Source of the DNA: a virus
Lineage: Duplodnaviria; Caudoviricetes
DNA: 36,015 nt
Strand: one strand, 5' to 3'
Virus record (IMG/VR): IMGVR_UViG_3300033475_000100
Span: 1 to 36,015 of that record
The notes under the pieces were generated by a model that saw only the letters and a program-made list of their open reading frames with translations, did no database searches and was not told the DNA's origin. Each line of letters opens with the position of its first letter. Position 1 is the first letter of the stretch. The translations under genes were made by a program, and so were the position numbers. This document shows positions 18,431-28,197 of this stretch, piece after piece.

Positions 18431-21400
18431 GTGGCCGGTGAGCAGCTTCCCCCGGTAGTTGCGAGTCTGGAAGGCGACGACACTTCCTTCCTGGACATGC
18501 TCGACCGGGATGTTGCCGCGATCCGGTCGGCGGCCAGCGAGATCGAGGGGATCCTTGCGTCCCTGGACATTGGTGCGGGGCTTGCTGATTCGCTGTCTGG
18601 CGCCGACCTGGGGTCGCTGAACACCGACGAGATCACCCAGGGGCTCGCCGAAGCGATGGGCGGAGCCGGTGCCGCGATCGCGCAGGACATCGGCACGGAA
18701 CTGGCCAGCGAGGTCGCAACCGCCGGTGCCGAGGCGGGCACGGCTCTTGGGGAAGCCGTCGCCGAAGGCGCCGCAGGAACGGGCGACACCGTCGGCCAGG
18801 AACTCGCGTCCGAGCTCGCTCCCGCCTCGGCGGCCGCCGGGGCGCGGGCAGGAGCGGCGCTCGCCGAAGGGCTGGAGAGCACTGCGGCCGGCGCGGGGCA
18901 GCAGGCGGCGACCCAGTTGTCTTCGACGATCACCGCGGGCACGGCCGATCTGGGCGATCGGCTTGCTGCGCAGATCAGTGACCAACTTCGTCAGGGGCTC
19001 GATGGCCAGGCGCAGGCCACCATGGCGATGCTCGCCGCGGTGCTCGCGGCTGGCGCCGCAGGCACCGGCGCCCTCGCAGGACGCGTGGCCGCCGCGGCCC
19101 TCGGCGCGGCCCTTTCGACGCAAGGCGCCGACGTGGCCGCGCAAGCAGGTGCGAGCATCGGTGACGGTCTCGCGGCAGGGATCGGCGCGGGTGCCTCCGG
19201 CGCGGGCGCGGGCGCGGCGACGCAGGTAGCCGAGGCCATCGAGGCGCCCCTCGCGGACGCGCTGATCCAGGCCGGTTCAGCAGCGGGCGACGCGCTCGCG
19301 ATCGGCATCAGCGCCGGGGCGGCCGACGGCGCGGACGGCCTTGCGCAACTCATCAGCGACTCGGTGCAGGCGCCCCTCGAATCAGCCATGACCCAGGCCG
19401 GTATGGCGGCTGGGGACGCGCTGAACGCAGGCATCGAAGCGGTCGCCGCCGAGGGCGGCGCCACGTTCGTCACGGAGTTCGAGTCCGGCGCGGAATCCCG
19501 AGCCGAGGAGGCAGGAGCGCAGGCCGGCGCAGCATGGGGCGCCGGTTTCGGGAGCGCCGCCCTGCGCGGTGTCGACCTGATTGAATCGGGGCTGTCCACA
19601 GCCGGCATCCCGATTGATCCGGCGGCGCGCGCCGAGGCTGCCGCCGCCGCTGCCGCGGCACAGGAGGCCGAGGAGATCGCGGCCGCGATGGACGCGGACG
19701 ACAAGTTCCTGCAGGAGGGCATCGACAACTTTCTGCAGCTCGGCGGCCTCGCGCTCAGCGAGTGGCTCGAGCAGGTTCAGCTGGCCTCCGAGTCGGCGAA
19801 GGACGCGTTCATCTCCGTCTACGAGGCAGTGCAAGCGCAACTCGACGCGACCACCGCGCTCACGGACGAGCAGCAGTCTGCGCTTGACCTGATGTACTTC
19901 CGGGCGAGCACCGAGATGAGCGCGCTGCAGGAAGAGGCGAACGCGCTCAATGAGGCCATCAACGCGGCGGCGGCAGGCAACCACGGGTTCGGTTCGATAC
20001 AGGGCGTTGACCTTGTCGCGGGCAACCTGAGCACCGCCGGCGAGAAGATGAAGTCGGGCGCCGGCAGCGAGGTGGCCGGCGCGGTCGAGGATGCCGGCGC
20101 TATGGCGGGCGAGCTCGACGGGGTCGCAACCGCCGCCGAGGGCGCAACCGCCGGTGTCGGCGGCCTCGCCTCGGTCATGTCCGGGCCGCTCGGCATGGCC
20201 GTGTTCGCGGCGATGTCGTTCCTGCCGATGCTCGGCGGCGCGTTCCGCGGTCTCGGCGACGCACTGAACCCGACGAAGGCGCAACTGCTGGACGTGCAGC
20301 AACTGCAGCAGGCGATCGGCGGTGACGGCGGCACCGCGGGAATGACGACAGCCGCGTTCGTCGCGACGTCCTCTGCCGCGAACGGGCTCGCCGGCCAGGC
20401 CGAGCAGGCCGGGGTGTCGCTCGAGACGTGGACCGAAGCGGCGATGGGCAACAGCGCCGCCCAGCAGGCGGTCACCGACTCGATTGGCAAGCTGAACCAG
20501 GCTCAGCTGAACCAGAAGGTCTCCTCAGACGATGCGGGGAGCGCGAGTTCGCATGCCGCCCTGGACTTGAAGGGCGCCCAAGAGGCCACGGACAGCGCCT
20601 CGGCGTCCACGAACCGGTACACCGACGCGAACCAGAAGCTGATCAACTCGATGTATGCGGAGGCCGGGCAGGTAGCCGACACTGTCCGGAGCACGCAGGC
20701 GCAGGACCAGGCCACGATGCAACTGGCCATGAACACGCAGATCTTCAGCGCGACCCTTGATGGCGCGTTCACGAAGATGCAGATGTCCGCGCAGCAGAAC
20801 TCCGAGTCCACGGTGGCGCTGCTCAACCTCGGCGACTCTCAGTCGGGCTTGAACATGCAGCTGTACAACTCGGTGAACGCGTACAACGTGGCTTCGCAGC
20901 AGGCGAGCGGGTACGCCAGCGTGCTGCAGGCGCTGTCCGGCGCGGCGAACACCCTGTACGGTGCGGAGGCCAGCTTCGAGGGCGCGCTCGTCGGCCTGAC
21001 CGCCTCCATGAAGCAGAACGGCGACTCCCTCGATGCGAACTCGGCGAAGGGCTACCAGAACGCTCAGGCGGTCAAGCAGGTGGCTGACGCCGCCAACCAG
21101 GCGGCGGTTGCCGTGTACCAGAGCGATGTCCAGAACGGCAACGCGTCGAAGGCCTACGAGGACGCGACGACGAAGCTCGATTCGGAGAAGGATGCGTTCG
21201 AGCAGGCGGCGATCAAGGCTGGGGCGAACAAGACCGCCGTGCAGCAGTTGGCGAACGAGCTGTTCCAGCTGCCGAAGAACATCACGTCGAACGTCAACGT
21301 GAATGTCCACGAGTCGATGTCGCTCACCGAGCTCAACGACAAGCTCAACTCCCCCCAGCTTCGGGCGTCCGGCGGCCCGGTGGATGCGAACAATGCCTAC

Positions 21401-21643
21401 ATCGTGGGCGAGAGAGGCCCGGAGCTGGTCACGTTCGGTGCGGACGGCTACGTCACCCCGAACTATGCGCTGCGCTCAGCCATGGGGGAGGCCGGATCCG
21501 GCAGCGGTGGGTCGAGCACGAACGTGACCGTGATCGTGCAGGGCAGCCTGATCCACCAGGACGATCTCACAGACTCCTTGCAGACCGGCGCTCTCCAGTT
21601 CCAGAACCGCAACGGCTACACGGGCCTAGTCGGCAGCCACTGA
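18431..21643 (+). CDS. Tape measure protein
   Basis: 1070-aa Ala/Gly-rich helical protein with N-terminal LPPVVASL, a central hydrophobic patch and C-terminal RASGGPV-x-YIVGERGPEL. Confidence 0.9.
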   Translation: MAGEQLPPVVASLEGDDTSFLDMLDRDVAAIRSAASEIEGILASLDIGAGLADSLSGADLGSLNTDEITQGLAEAMGGAGAAIAQDIGTELASEVATAGAEAGTALGEAVAEGAAGTGDTVGQELASELAPASAAAGARAGAALAEGLESTAAGAGQQAATQLSSTITAGTADLGDRLAAQISDQLRQGLDGQAQATMAMLAAVLAAGAAGTGALAGRVAAAALGAALSTQGADVAAQAGASIGDGLAAGIGAGASGAGAGAATQVAEAIEAPLADALIQAGSAAGDALAIGISAGAADGADGLAQLISDSVQAPLESAMTQAGMAAGDALNAGIEAVAAEGGATFVTEFESGAESRAEEAGAQAGAAWGAGFGSAALRGVDLIESGLSTAGIPIDPAARAEAAAAAAAAQEAEEIAAAMDADDKFLQEGIDNFLQLGGLALSEWLEQVQLASESAKDAFISVYEAVQAQLDATTALTDEQQSALDLMYFRASTEMSALQEEANALNEAINAAAAGNHGFGSIQGVDLVAGNLSTAGEKMKSGAGSEVAGAVEDAGAMAGELDGVATAAEGATAGVGGLASVMSGPLGMAVFAAMSFLPMLGGAFRGLGDALNPTKAQLLDVQQLQQAIGGDGGTAGMTTAAFVATSSAANGLAGQAEQAGVSLETWTEAAMGNSAAQQAVTDSIGKLNQAQLNQKVSSDDAGSASSHAALDLKGAQEATDSASASTNRYTDANQKLINSMYAEAGQVADTVRSTQAQDQATMQLAMNTQIFSATLDGAFTKMQMSAQQNSESTVALLNLGDSQSGLNMQLYNSVNAYNVASQQASGYASVLQALSGAANTLYGAEASFEGALVGLTASMKQNGDSLDANSAKGYQNAQAVKQVADAANQAAVAVYQSDVQNGNASKAYEDATTKLDSEKDAFEQAAIKAGANKTAVQQLANELFQLPKNITSNVNVNVHESMSLTELNDKLNSPQLRASGGPVDANNAYIVGERGPELVTFGADGYVTPNYALRSAMGEAGSGSGGSSTNVTVIVQGSLIHQDDLTDSLQTGALQFQNRNGYTGLVGSH

Positions 21644-21659
21644 CCCCCACGCGCCGCGG

Positions 21660-22460
21660 TCAGCCGAGTTCAGCCAGGATCCGGGAGAGCTGGTCCGGCG
21701 CCACGAGTACGCGTCGGGCCCGTGCTCCTTCTGCGGGCCCGACGATACCCCTGGCTTCGAGGACGTCCATGAGGTGTCCGGCCATGGCGAAGCCGACGCG
21801 CAGCCGGCGTTGGATGAGGCTCGCGGACCCGAGCTGCGTGGTGATGACCAGTTCGGCAGCTTGCCGCAGCAGTTCGACTTCGGCCGGTGGCGCGTCGCGA
21901 GGCTCGGCCGGCACGGCATCGGCAGGCGGCCGGACGGACGCTGTAGACGCCGTGAGAGCGAGCGTTCGGGCAACGTCGGCATCAGCCGGGCGGTAACGCG
22001 GCCAGCGGCGTCTACCGCCGCCGCCCGGCTTGAGCACACCGATCTCGATCAGGCGCCACAGGACGCGCACGACGGTCTCCGGATCGAGTCGCAACCCTGT
22101 GCACAGCAGCACGGCAGAGCCCGAGTGGTGCAGCGTGAGAAGGTGCGCCGCGTCAGCCGCGAGCTGCGCCGGCAACGCGTCCTGCGGGCCCTGACTGGGC
22201 GGCTTGGACAGCGCCGGTATCGCGGCCGCGTGGCGGGCGGCTAAACGCCGGTTGGCTGCCTGCTCGGCCACCTCGTCGCGTTCCCGGGGCCGCGCGAGTT
22301 TCAGTTCCGGGTCGAGCCGGGCGAGGACGGCGTTCGCGTGCGCCTCATACAGGCCGTCGGTCAGCAGGTGGGCGTCACGTAGCTCACGTAACGCCGCGAG
22401 CCCGTCCATCGCGGCGGCATACGCGGCCGCTTCCTGCGCGGCAAGGTCCCGGCCCGTCAT
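21660..22460 (-). CDS. Moron: SHOCT-like N-terminus + degenerate FtsK-gamma + FtsK-gamma winged-helix domain
   Basis: C-terminus [58 protein letters not shown] closely follows the actinobacterial FtsK gamma pattern. No ATPase or TM domain. Fills the TMP-minor tail gap in antisense. Confidence 0.85.
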   Translation of the reverse strand: MTGRDLAAQEAAAYAAAMDGLAALRELRDAHLLTDGLYEAHANAVLARLDPELKLARPRERDEVAEQAANRRLAARHAAAIPALSKPPSQGPQDALPAQLAADAAHLLTLHHSGSAVLLCTGLRLDPETVVRVLWRLIEIGVLKPGGGGRRRWPRYRPADADVARTLALTASTASVRPPADAVPAEPRDAPPAEVELLRQAAELVITTQLGSASLIQRRLRVGFAMAGHLMDVLEARGIVGPAEGARARRVLVAPDQLSRILAELG

Positions 22461-22495
22461 GGCCGCACCGTATCGGCCCGTCGCGGCCAGTGCAT
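22461..22495 (-). promoter_or_regulatory. Putative leaderless promoter of the moron
   Basis: Minus-strand TACGGT (22472-22467) lies 6 nt before the ATG, with no SD; weak -35 ATGCAC 17 nt further upstream. Confidence 0.45.
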
Positions 22496-22534
22496 AGATA
22501 CGACGCCGTCCGATCCGCGAATCAGGGGGCGGCT

Positions 22535-25500
22535 ATGACGATCAGCACTTGGCCGCCGCTGATCCGGTACGAGGTCGCGTTCAACACCTCCGCGAACTCC
22601 GGCGTGGTGCCGCCGTACTGGCAGGACCTATCGTCGAGGGTCCAGTCGGCATGGCGCACCCAGCGCGGCCGCCAGTACGAGCTCGACACGAACACGACCG
22701 GCAAGTGGACCGTTCAGCTCGCCAACGCCGACGGCGCCCTGGACCCGTCGAACACGGCATCGCCGTTCGCCCCGAACCTGCTGCCGTACCGGCCGTGCCG
22801 GATCCGCGTCCAGACCGGTGTCAACGCGCTCACGGTCGACCAGGCGACATGCGGGCAGGGCAGCCCGATCACCCCTGGGCCCGTACCGGCGAAGATGGGC
22901 GTCACCAACGACTCCGGGTACGCCCTGAGCCTGGTCGCGAGCGGAAGCGCCTACACCGGGACACAGGTCTACCAGGTCACGCTGCCCTCGACCGCGGCCG
23001 CGTCCTCCACGATCCTGCTCGTCCCGCTGGCGACGGTCACGCCGGGCGCCGCCTACTCGTTCACCGCCCTGGCGCGGATCCCCACGGGCACCTCCGCCGG
23101 CACGAACGTAGCGCTGCTGTGGTACGGCGAGAACGGCGTGAGCCTCGGCACGGTCGGCGGCACCTCGAGCACCATCACCTCGGGTTCGTCCGGGTGGACG
23201 ACGTTGACCGTCAGTGGCCGCGCCCCGACCGGCACGAGCCCGGCACTGTACGCGGCACTGAAGGTCGAGACGACCTCCAGTCTCTCGTCGCCCACGACCT
23301 GGCAGATCGGCGCGCTGCAATTCGAGGCATCCGCGACCCCAACGAACTTCCAGGTACCGCAGGTCCTCAGCCCGAACCTGCTGCCCCGCGCCATAGCTAC
23401 CGGCACCGCCTCCATCGACCCGGTCAACGAAAGCGCCGCGGCCTGGTTCTTTCCCACCGCGGGGTCCGTGGCCCAGGCGAACTTCCTGACCGCCGCGCCG
23501 AGCGGCCACACCTCCGCGGTCGCATGGACCACCGCAGCGGGCACCACGAACGGCTCTCCGCTGTACGCCGGCGTCGCGGCGGCAGCGGCCAGCACTACCG
23601 GCCCGGTCGCCGACTGCGTCCAAGTCGCCGGCGGCAGCCAGTACACGTTCAGCGTCTACCTGATGCGAGCCGCTTCGGCCGACAGCACGGTGCAGGTCAC
23701 CGCCTCCTTCCGCTGGTCGGATGCCGACGGGAACCTGGTGTCGACCAGCTCGGGCACCGCGGTAACGGTCACCACGTCCGGGTGGGTGCGTGCCACGTGC
23801 ACGGCCACCGCGCCCGCCGGCGCGGCGTGGGGCAGGCCGCGGATCTTCATCTCCGCCCCGGCTTCCACCACTGCGGTGAACACGGTCTATGGCGCAGGGT
23901 GGCAGGTCGAGCAGAACTCGAGTGCCTCAAGCTGGTTCGATCCGGGACCCACCTACCAGATCTTCAACGGGTCGATCGAGCGCTGGCCGCAGTCCTGGGC
24001 CCTGTCCGGCACCTACGGGCAGACCGGAGCCGTCGGCGTGGACGCGTTCGCGCTGTTCGCGCAAGGCACCCTGGGGGAACCGTTCATCAACGAAGTCTTG
24101 GCGCTGAACCCCAACTTCGTCTACCTGCTCTCGGACCCGGCCGGGGCGAGCTCGTGCGCGGACGCATCCGGCAACCGGCCGCCCGCACCAGTAGACGTCG
24201 GCCCCTTCGGTTCCGGGTCGCTCGTGTTCGGTTCGTCGATGACTTCAGCGTCATCAGCGGGCCAATTCGAAGGTAGCAGCGGCACGGTGGCGACCTTCAC
24301 CAATACTGTGTCCGGCGCGGGTGTGCAGAAGCCAGAGACGTTCGTGAACATCGCCAAAACGAGCGTGCAGCCGGGGCCGCCCACCTCGGGCTCCTGGACC
24401 CGCATGATCTCGTTCCGGTCAACGAACGTGCCCGCAGTCGGCACAGAAATGAACCTGTGGACGGCCTACCCGCCCTCATGGCTCTCAGGGAATCTCTCAT
24501 CCTGGTGGATGCAGATCGTGCCCGGCGGGTTCGCGAACATGAACATCGCGAATTCCGCAAACTTCGGGCTCTCCTACACCGGCACGACAAACGTCTGCGA
24601 CGGCAACTGGCACCAGATGGTCACCGTCGTGGATGCTGCGGGCACCGGCGGCCACTTCATCAACTTCTACGTTGACGGCGTACTCGTGGCGACCAACACA
24701 TCCGGCGCCCGATACCCGTCGGGAATCGTCGCCGACGCGCTTGGATGTTCCATCACCACTGGCTCGAACAGCTTCTGCCAGGGCTTCGTCGGCGACATGG
24801 CGCACGCCATCGAGGTTCCGGCAGCCCTCACACAGTCGCAGATCACGAACCTCTACAACTCGTGGCGGACCGCGTCCACCGGCGACAGCACAGACCAGCG
24901 CACGCAGAGAGTCTTGGACTGGATCGGCTACCAGGGCGCCACCGACATCCAGCCAGGCTCCACGGCCCTCATGGGCCCCGCGACCGACATCGCTGGATCC
25001 ACCGCCATCGACGCCTCGACGGCCCTACTGCCCGGCGGTATCGCGTTCACCGGCGGCAGCGCCATCCAAGGCCTCAACACCATCGCCCAGACGGAGCAGG
25101 GCAACGTCTACGTGTCCAACACGGGAGCGGTGACCTTCAAGGCGCGCAGCGACCGATACAACCAGACGACACCCATGATCGTGTTCGGTGAGGCCACGGC
25201 CAGCGGGGAATGGCCGTATGAGACGGTCGGATTCGACTTCGACACGGCACACCTGTACACGAACGTCCAGGCAACCCAGTACGCCAGCAGCCAGGTAGCA
25301 ACAGCCAGCTCCGCGGACGCGCAGGACGAGTATGGGCAGCGCGTGTTCCAGCTGACGATGAACCAGCAGGAGTTCAGCGAAACACAGGACGCCTCCGACT
25401 ACCTGCTCGCCCGTTACTCGCAGGCGGCACTGCGCGTCGCGAACCTCACCCTGCACCCCTCCGCGGTGCCTGGCCTGTGGACCGTCTGCCTGCAACTGGA

Positions 25501-26854
25501 GATCGGCACCCGCATCCGCGTCGTGCGGCGGCCCCCTTACCCGGCGCCGCCGATCACCTTCGACGGGTTCATCGAGTCCGTCGCCTGGAGTGTTGACCCG
25601 AAGGGCTCGGCGCTGGTCAACCTTCAGTGCTCGCCGGCGGACGTAACGGCGTACTGGACGCTCGGGGCGCTGACGACCACGCTCAACGCTCAGGCCAATG
25701 CGGGCGCCAACACGATCAAAATCAACGGGCTGCCGGACTCGGCGATCAACGCGCTCGCATCGTCGCTCTCACCCGGCACGCAGCTGACCATCGACCCGGG
25801 CACGGCGATCGCGGAGACGGTGACAATCGCTCCGGGCGGGATCCCCACCACCAATCCGGGATACTCCGCTCCCACCTTGACACTCACCGGGACGCTCGCA
25901 CACACCCACGCAGTGGGCGCGACGGTGTGCGAAGCACTCCCCGTCGGGTACAGCGACCCGGCAACGTGGAATACCGCCAGCATCCTCGGCGCATTGGCGA
26001 CCACGGTCGCGGCGCCCGCCTCGAGCGGTTCGTCCACGATCACGGTGAACGCGCTGCCGGACGCGAAAGCCAACGGCGCGGGCTCGGACTGGAACACAGG
26101 GGACTTGCTGTGGCTCTCGCCGGGCACCTCGGCGTTCGAAGGCTACAACTTGGTGCACCCGAACGTGGCCACCGCCGGGGAGGGCGCTCTGCCACTGGCG
26201 CCCGGGTCCTCTGGCTCGGCCTACGGCATGTCCAGCGACCTTGGCACTCCCGTGGTCACCTTGTCGGCCACGGCGTTCCAGGGCTCCGGGGTGTGGCAGT
26301 TGGCTGTGGCAGGCGGCGCCTCGACCCCCGCAGGCCTGATTTACCTGCTCAAGGTGCCGGCTACTGCGCTGAAGCCGTTCACCGCGTCGGCATACGTCCG
26401 GTCGATCACGAGCGGAGCCAACCCGCAGGTCGACATCTACGTCAAGTTCCTGAGCGCGACCGGGGCCAGCCTTGGCCAGTCCAACAGCAGCATGGTGACG
26501 CTGATCGGCTCCCCCACGGCGTTCTGGACCCGACTGGCCGCATCGGCGACCGCACCGGCCGGCACAGCGTGGGTGCAACTCGGCATCCTGCTCACGGGTT
26601 CGTCGCCTGCGTCGGCCTGGACCTTCCAGGCTGACGCCCTGCAGGTTGAGGCCGCGTCGTCGGCATCGACGTTCGGCGTGTGTCCGCAGGTGCTGTCCGT
26701 AGGTGCCTCCGTGCCCGGCTATTCGGCCGTCACCCTCACGCTGAACGCGCCGCTCGTCAGCAACCATGCCGTCGGCGATGTGGTGTGCGACCCGCTGCCG
26801 CCTGGGACCACGAGTCCGCTTGCGGTACCTGCCACCACTCGCGTCGCTTACTGA
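22535..26854 (+). CDS. Large modular minor tail/baseplate protein with CBM-like and LamG/concanavalin-like domains
   Basis: ATG 22535 after AGGGGG. Hub-like N-terminus (RGRQYELD, LANADGALDP); three CBM-like units (V-x-G-x-Y-F...W-R-x-TATAPAG-A-W); LamG-type DGNWHQMV-x-FYVDG. Confidence 0.82.
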   Translation: MTISTWPPLIRYEVAFNTSANSGVVPPYWQDLSSRVQSAWRTQRGRQYELDTNTTGKWTVQLANADGALDPSNTASPFAPNLLPYRPCRIRVQTGVNALTVDQATCGQGSPITPGPVPAKMGVTNDSGYALSLVASGSAYTGTQVYQVTLPSTAAASSTILLVPLATVTPGAAYSFTALARIPTGTSAGTNVALLWYGENGVSLGTVGGTSSTITSGSSGWTTLTVSGRAPTGTSPALYAALKVETTSSLSSPTTWQIGALQFEASATPTNFQVPQVLSPNLLPRAIATGTASIDPVNESAAAWFFPTAGSVAQANFLTAAPSGHTSAVAWTTAAGTTNGSPLYAGVAAAAASTTGPVADCVQVAGGSQYTFSVYLMRAASADSTVQVTASFRWSDADGNLVSTSSGTAVTVTTSGWVRATCTATAPAGAAWGRPRIFISAPASTTAVNTVYGAGWQVEQNSSASSWFDPGPTYQIFNGSIERWPQSWALSGTYGQTGAVGVDAFALFAQGTLGEPFINEVLALNPNFVYLLSDPAGASSCADASGNRPPAPVDVGPFGSGSLVFGSSMTSASSAGQFEGSSGTVATFTNTVSGAGVQKPETFVNIAKTSVQPGPPTSGSWTRMISFRSTNVPAVGTEMNLWTAYPPSWLSGNLSSWWMQIVPGGFANMNIANSANFGLSYTGTTNVCDGNWHQMVTVVDAAGTGGHFINFYVDGVLVATNTSGARYPSGIVADALGCSITTGSNSFCQGFVGDMAHAIEVPAALTQSQITNLYNSWRTASTGDSTDQRTQRVLDWIGYQGATDIQPGSTALMGPATDIAGSTAIDASTALLPGGIAFTGGSAIQGLNTIAQTEQGNVYVSNTGAVTFKARSDRYNQTTPMIVFGEATASGEWPYETVGFDFDTAHLYTNVQATQYASSQVATASSADAQDEYGQRVFQLTMNQQEFSETQDASDYLLARYSQAALRVANLTLHPSAVPGLWTVCLQLEIGTRIRVVRRPPYPAPPITFDGFIESVAWSVDPKGSALVNLQCSPADVTAYWTLGALTTTLNAQANAGANTIKINGLPDSAINALASSLSPGTQLTIDPGTAIAETVTIAPGGIPTTNPGYSAPTLTLTGTLAHTHAVGATVCEALPVGYSDPATWNTASILGALATTVAAPASSGSSTITVNALPDAKANGAGSDWNTGDLLWLSPGTSAFEGYNLVHPNVATAGEGALPLAPGSSGSAYGMSSDLGTPVVTLSATAFQGSGVWQLAVAGGASTPAGLIYLLKVPATALKPFTASAYVRSITSGANPQVDIYVKFLSATGASLGQSNSSMVTLIGSPTAFWTRLAASATAPAGTAWVQLGILLTGSSPASAWTFQADALQVEAASSASTFGVCPQVLSVGASVPGYSAVTLTLNAPLVSNHAVGDVVCDPLPPGTTSPLAVPATTRVAY

Positions 26855-26894
26855 TCTCGCGCCGCGTACGCCCTGAGCCCCTTGGGAGTTGCAC

Positions 26895-27440
26895 GTGCCG
26901 AACCTCGCCGTCCCCATTCCCCGGACATTCAGCGTCGGCGAGTACGAGACCGCCGCCTACTTCAACGCGAACGTCCGCGATATGGGCAATTTCTTGCTCG
27001 GCCTGCCGATCGCGACTGTCTTTCAGACGGCAACCCAGACGCTCACCGCCTCCGGCACCCAGTACCCGGTCACCTTCGACAGCGCCGCGGTCGACAGCTA
27101 CGGGGGCCACTCCGGAACGACCAACCCGTCCCGTTACACGGCACAAGTCTCGGGTTGGTACATGGTCACCGGCACCGTGTTCTACAACCCATCCACGGCC
27201 GGGACGTACCGGAAAGCGCAGATGGCGGTCAACGGCACGAAGATCGCCTACGCGACGTCGCAGGCCCCGCAGGTCAACTCGTCTACCAACGGAACGGGCC
27301 TGGCGATCGCGCCGACGATCGTGTTCCTCGACCCCGGCGACTACGTGGAGATCTGGGCGAGCGCGGACGTCGCCGGACTTGGCATCACGCCGAACCCGCT
27401 GAACGAGAGCTACATGACGATCTTCTGGGTCCACAACTAG
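26895..27440 (+). CDS. Minor tail protein with a C1q/TNF-like jelly-roll
   Basis: GGAG RBS then GTG 26895; VTFD-x-DSYGGH-x-SRYTAQVSGWY and LDPGDYVEIW motifs. Confidence 0.7.
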   Translation: MPNLAVPIPRTFSVGEYETAAYFNANVRDMGNFLLGLPIATVFQTATQTLTASGTQYPVTFDSAAVDSYGGHSGTTNPSRYTAQVSGWYMVTGTVFYNPSTAGTYRKAQMAVNGTKIAYATSQAPQVNSSTNGTGLAIAPTIVFLDPGDYVEIWASADVAGLGITPNPLNESYMTIFWVHN

Positions 27441-27448
27441 GGAGCACC

Positions 27449-27724
27449 GTGTCGAACACGCAGGACACCACCTCATACACGCTCAGCTGCGGTATTGGGT
27501 CCTCCACGCCGGCAGGCACCCAGTGCAACGGCGCGATCCAACTTGGCATCACAGCCGGCACAGACTTCACCGACGCGGACCTCTTCGCCCTCCAACAGGC
27601 CCTGGCCGCAGCGTTCCCAGCGGCGTGGGGCGTCGTGCTCGCCGACATCGCCGTGTCGAAGCAGGACCAGGTCTTCACGTCCTACACGACGAACATGGCC
27701 TCGAACCCGCCGAGCTTCACATGA
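27449..27724 (+). CDS. Small hypothetical protein, possibly tail-associated
   Basis: GGAG RBS then GTG 27449 (MSNTQDTTSY...); ATGA overlap with the next gene. Confidence 0.65.
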   Translation: MSNTQDTTSYTLSCGIGSSTPAGTQCNGAIQLGITAGTDFTDADLFALQQALAAAFPAAWGVVLADIAVSKQDQVFTSYTTNMASNPPSFT

Positions 27725-28197
27725 CCGCGACCGGCGGCGAGCAGGTAGCCGCGCACGACCAGCGCATGACGATCCACGTGCTCGCGCACATCCCCGAGCA
27801 CGCCCCGCGGGAGGGCGACCCGCACTACGCCCTGTTCGAGAGGGCGAAGGCGCGGCTGAAGCGGCAGCGTCTGTGGAAGTGCGCTCTCGATGACGACCTG
27901 TGCGGCGGCCAGCTCGAACTGCACCACTCCCACGTGGAGTTCTCGCAGGCCAACGCCGCCGACCCGCACAAGATCGAAGCCGCGTTCGGGTTGCATTTCG
28001 AGGACGACGAGGCGTTCCAGGAGTGGATCGAGTCGCCGGGCAACCTCGAGGTGCTGTGCGTCAACCACCACCGCACTCACTACGGGGTACACGTGCTGCC
28101 TTCGGCGCTGTGGGAGGCGGTGCGCTGGCACCGGGCGGGCGCGCCGGCGCCGGCCGAGTTCGTGCCGGCGAAAGACCTGCCCGGCGGCGGCCGGTGA
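27721..28197 (+). CDS. HNH-like endonuclease-fold protein
   Basis: C-x6-C, LELHH and NLEVLCVNHH-x-GVH motifs; coupled to both neighbours. Confidence 0.65.
   Translation: MTATGGEQVAAHDQRMTIHVLAHIPEHAPREGDPHYALFERAKARLKRQRLWKCALDDDLCGGQLELHHSHVEFSQANAADPHKIEAAFGLHFEDDEAFQEWIESPGNLEVLCVNHHRTHYGVHVLPSALWEAVRWHRAGAPAPAEFVPAKDLPGGGR

Noticed and set aside
21660-22460. Pseudogene remnant of host ftsK
   Set aside because: The ORF is intact, has its own start and an unrelated N-terminus, and no motor-domain remnants are visible nearby.
22853-22860. GGGCAGGG (E. coli KOPS-like octamer) near the FtsK-gamma gene
   Set aside because: A single occurrence inside a coding region is expected by chance at this GC content, and the host's motif need not match E. 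coli KOPS.
22535-27724. Diversity-generating retroelement targeting tail genes
   Set aside because: No reverse transcriptase and no template/variable repeat pair seen.
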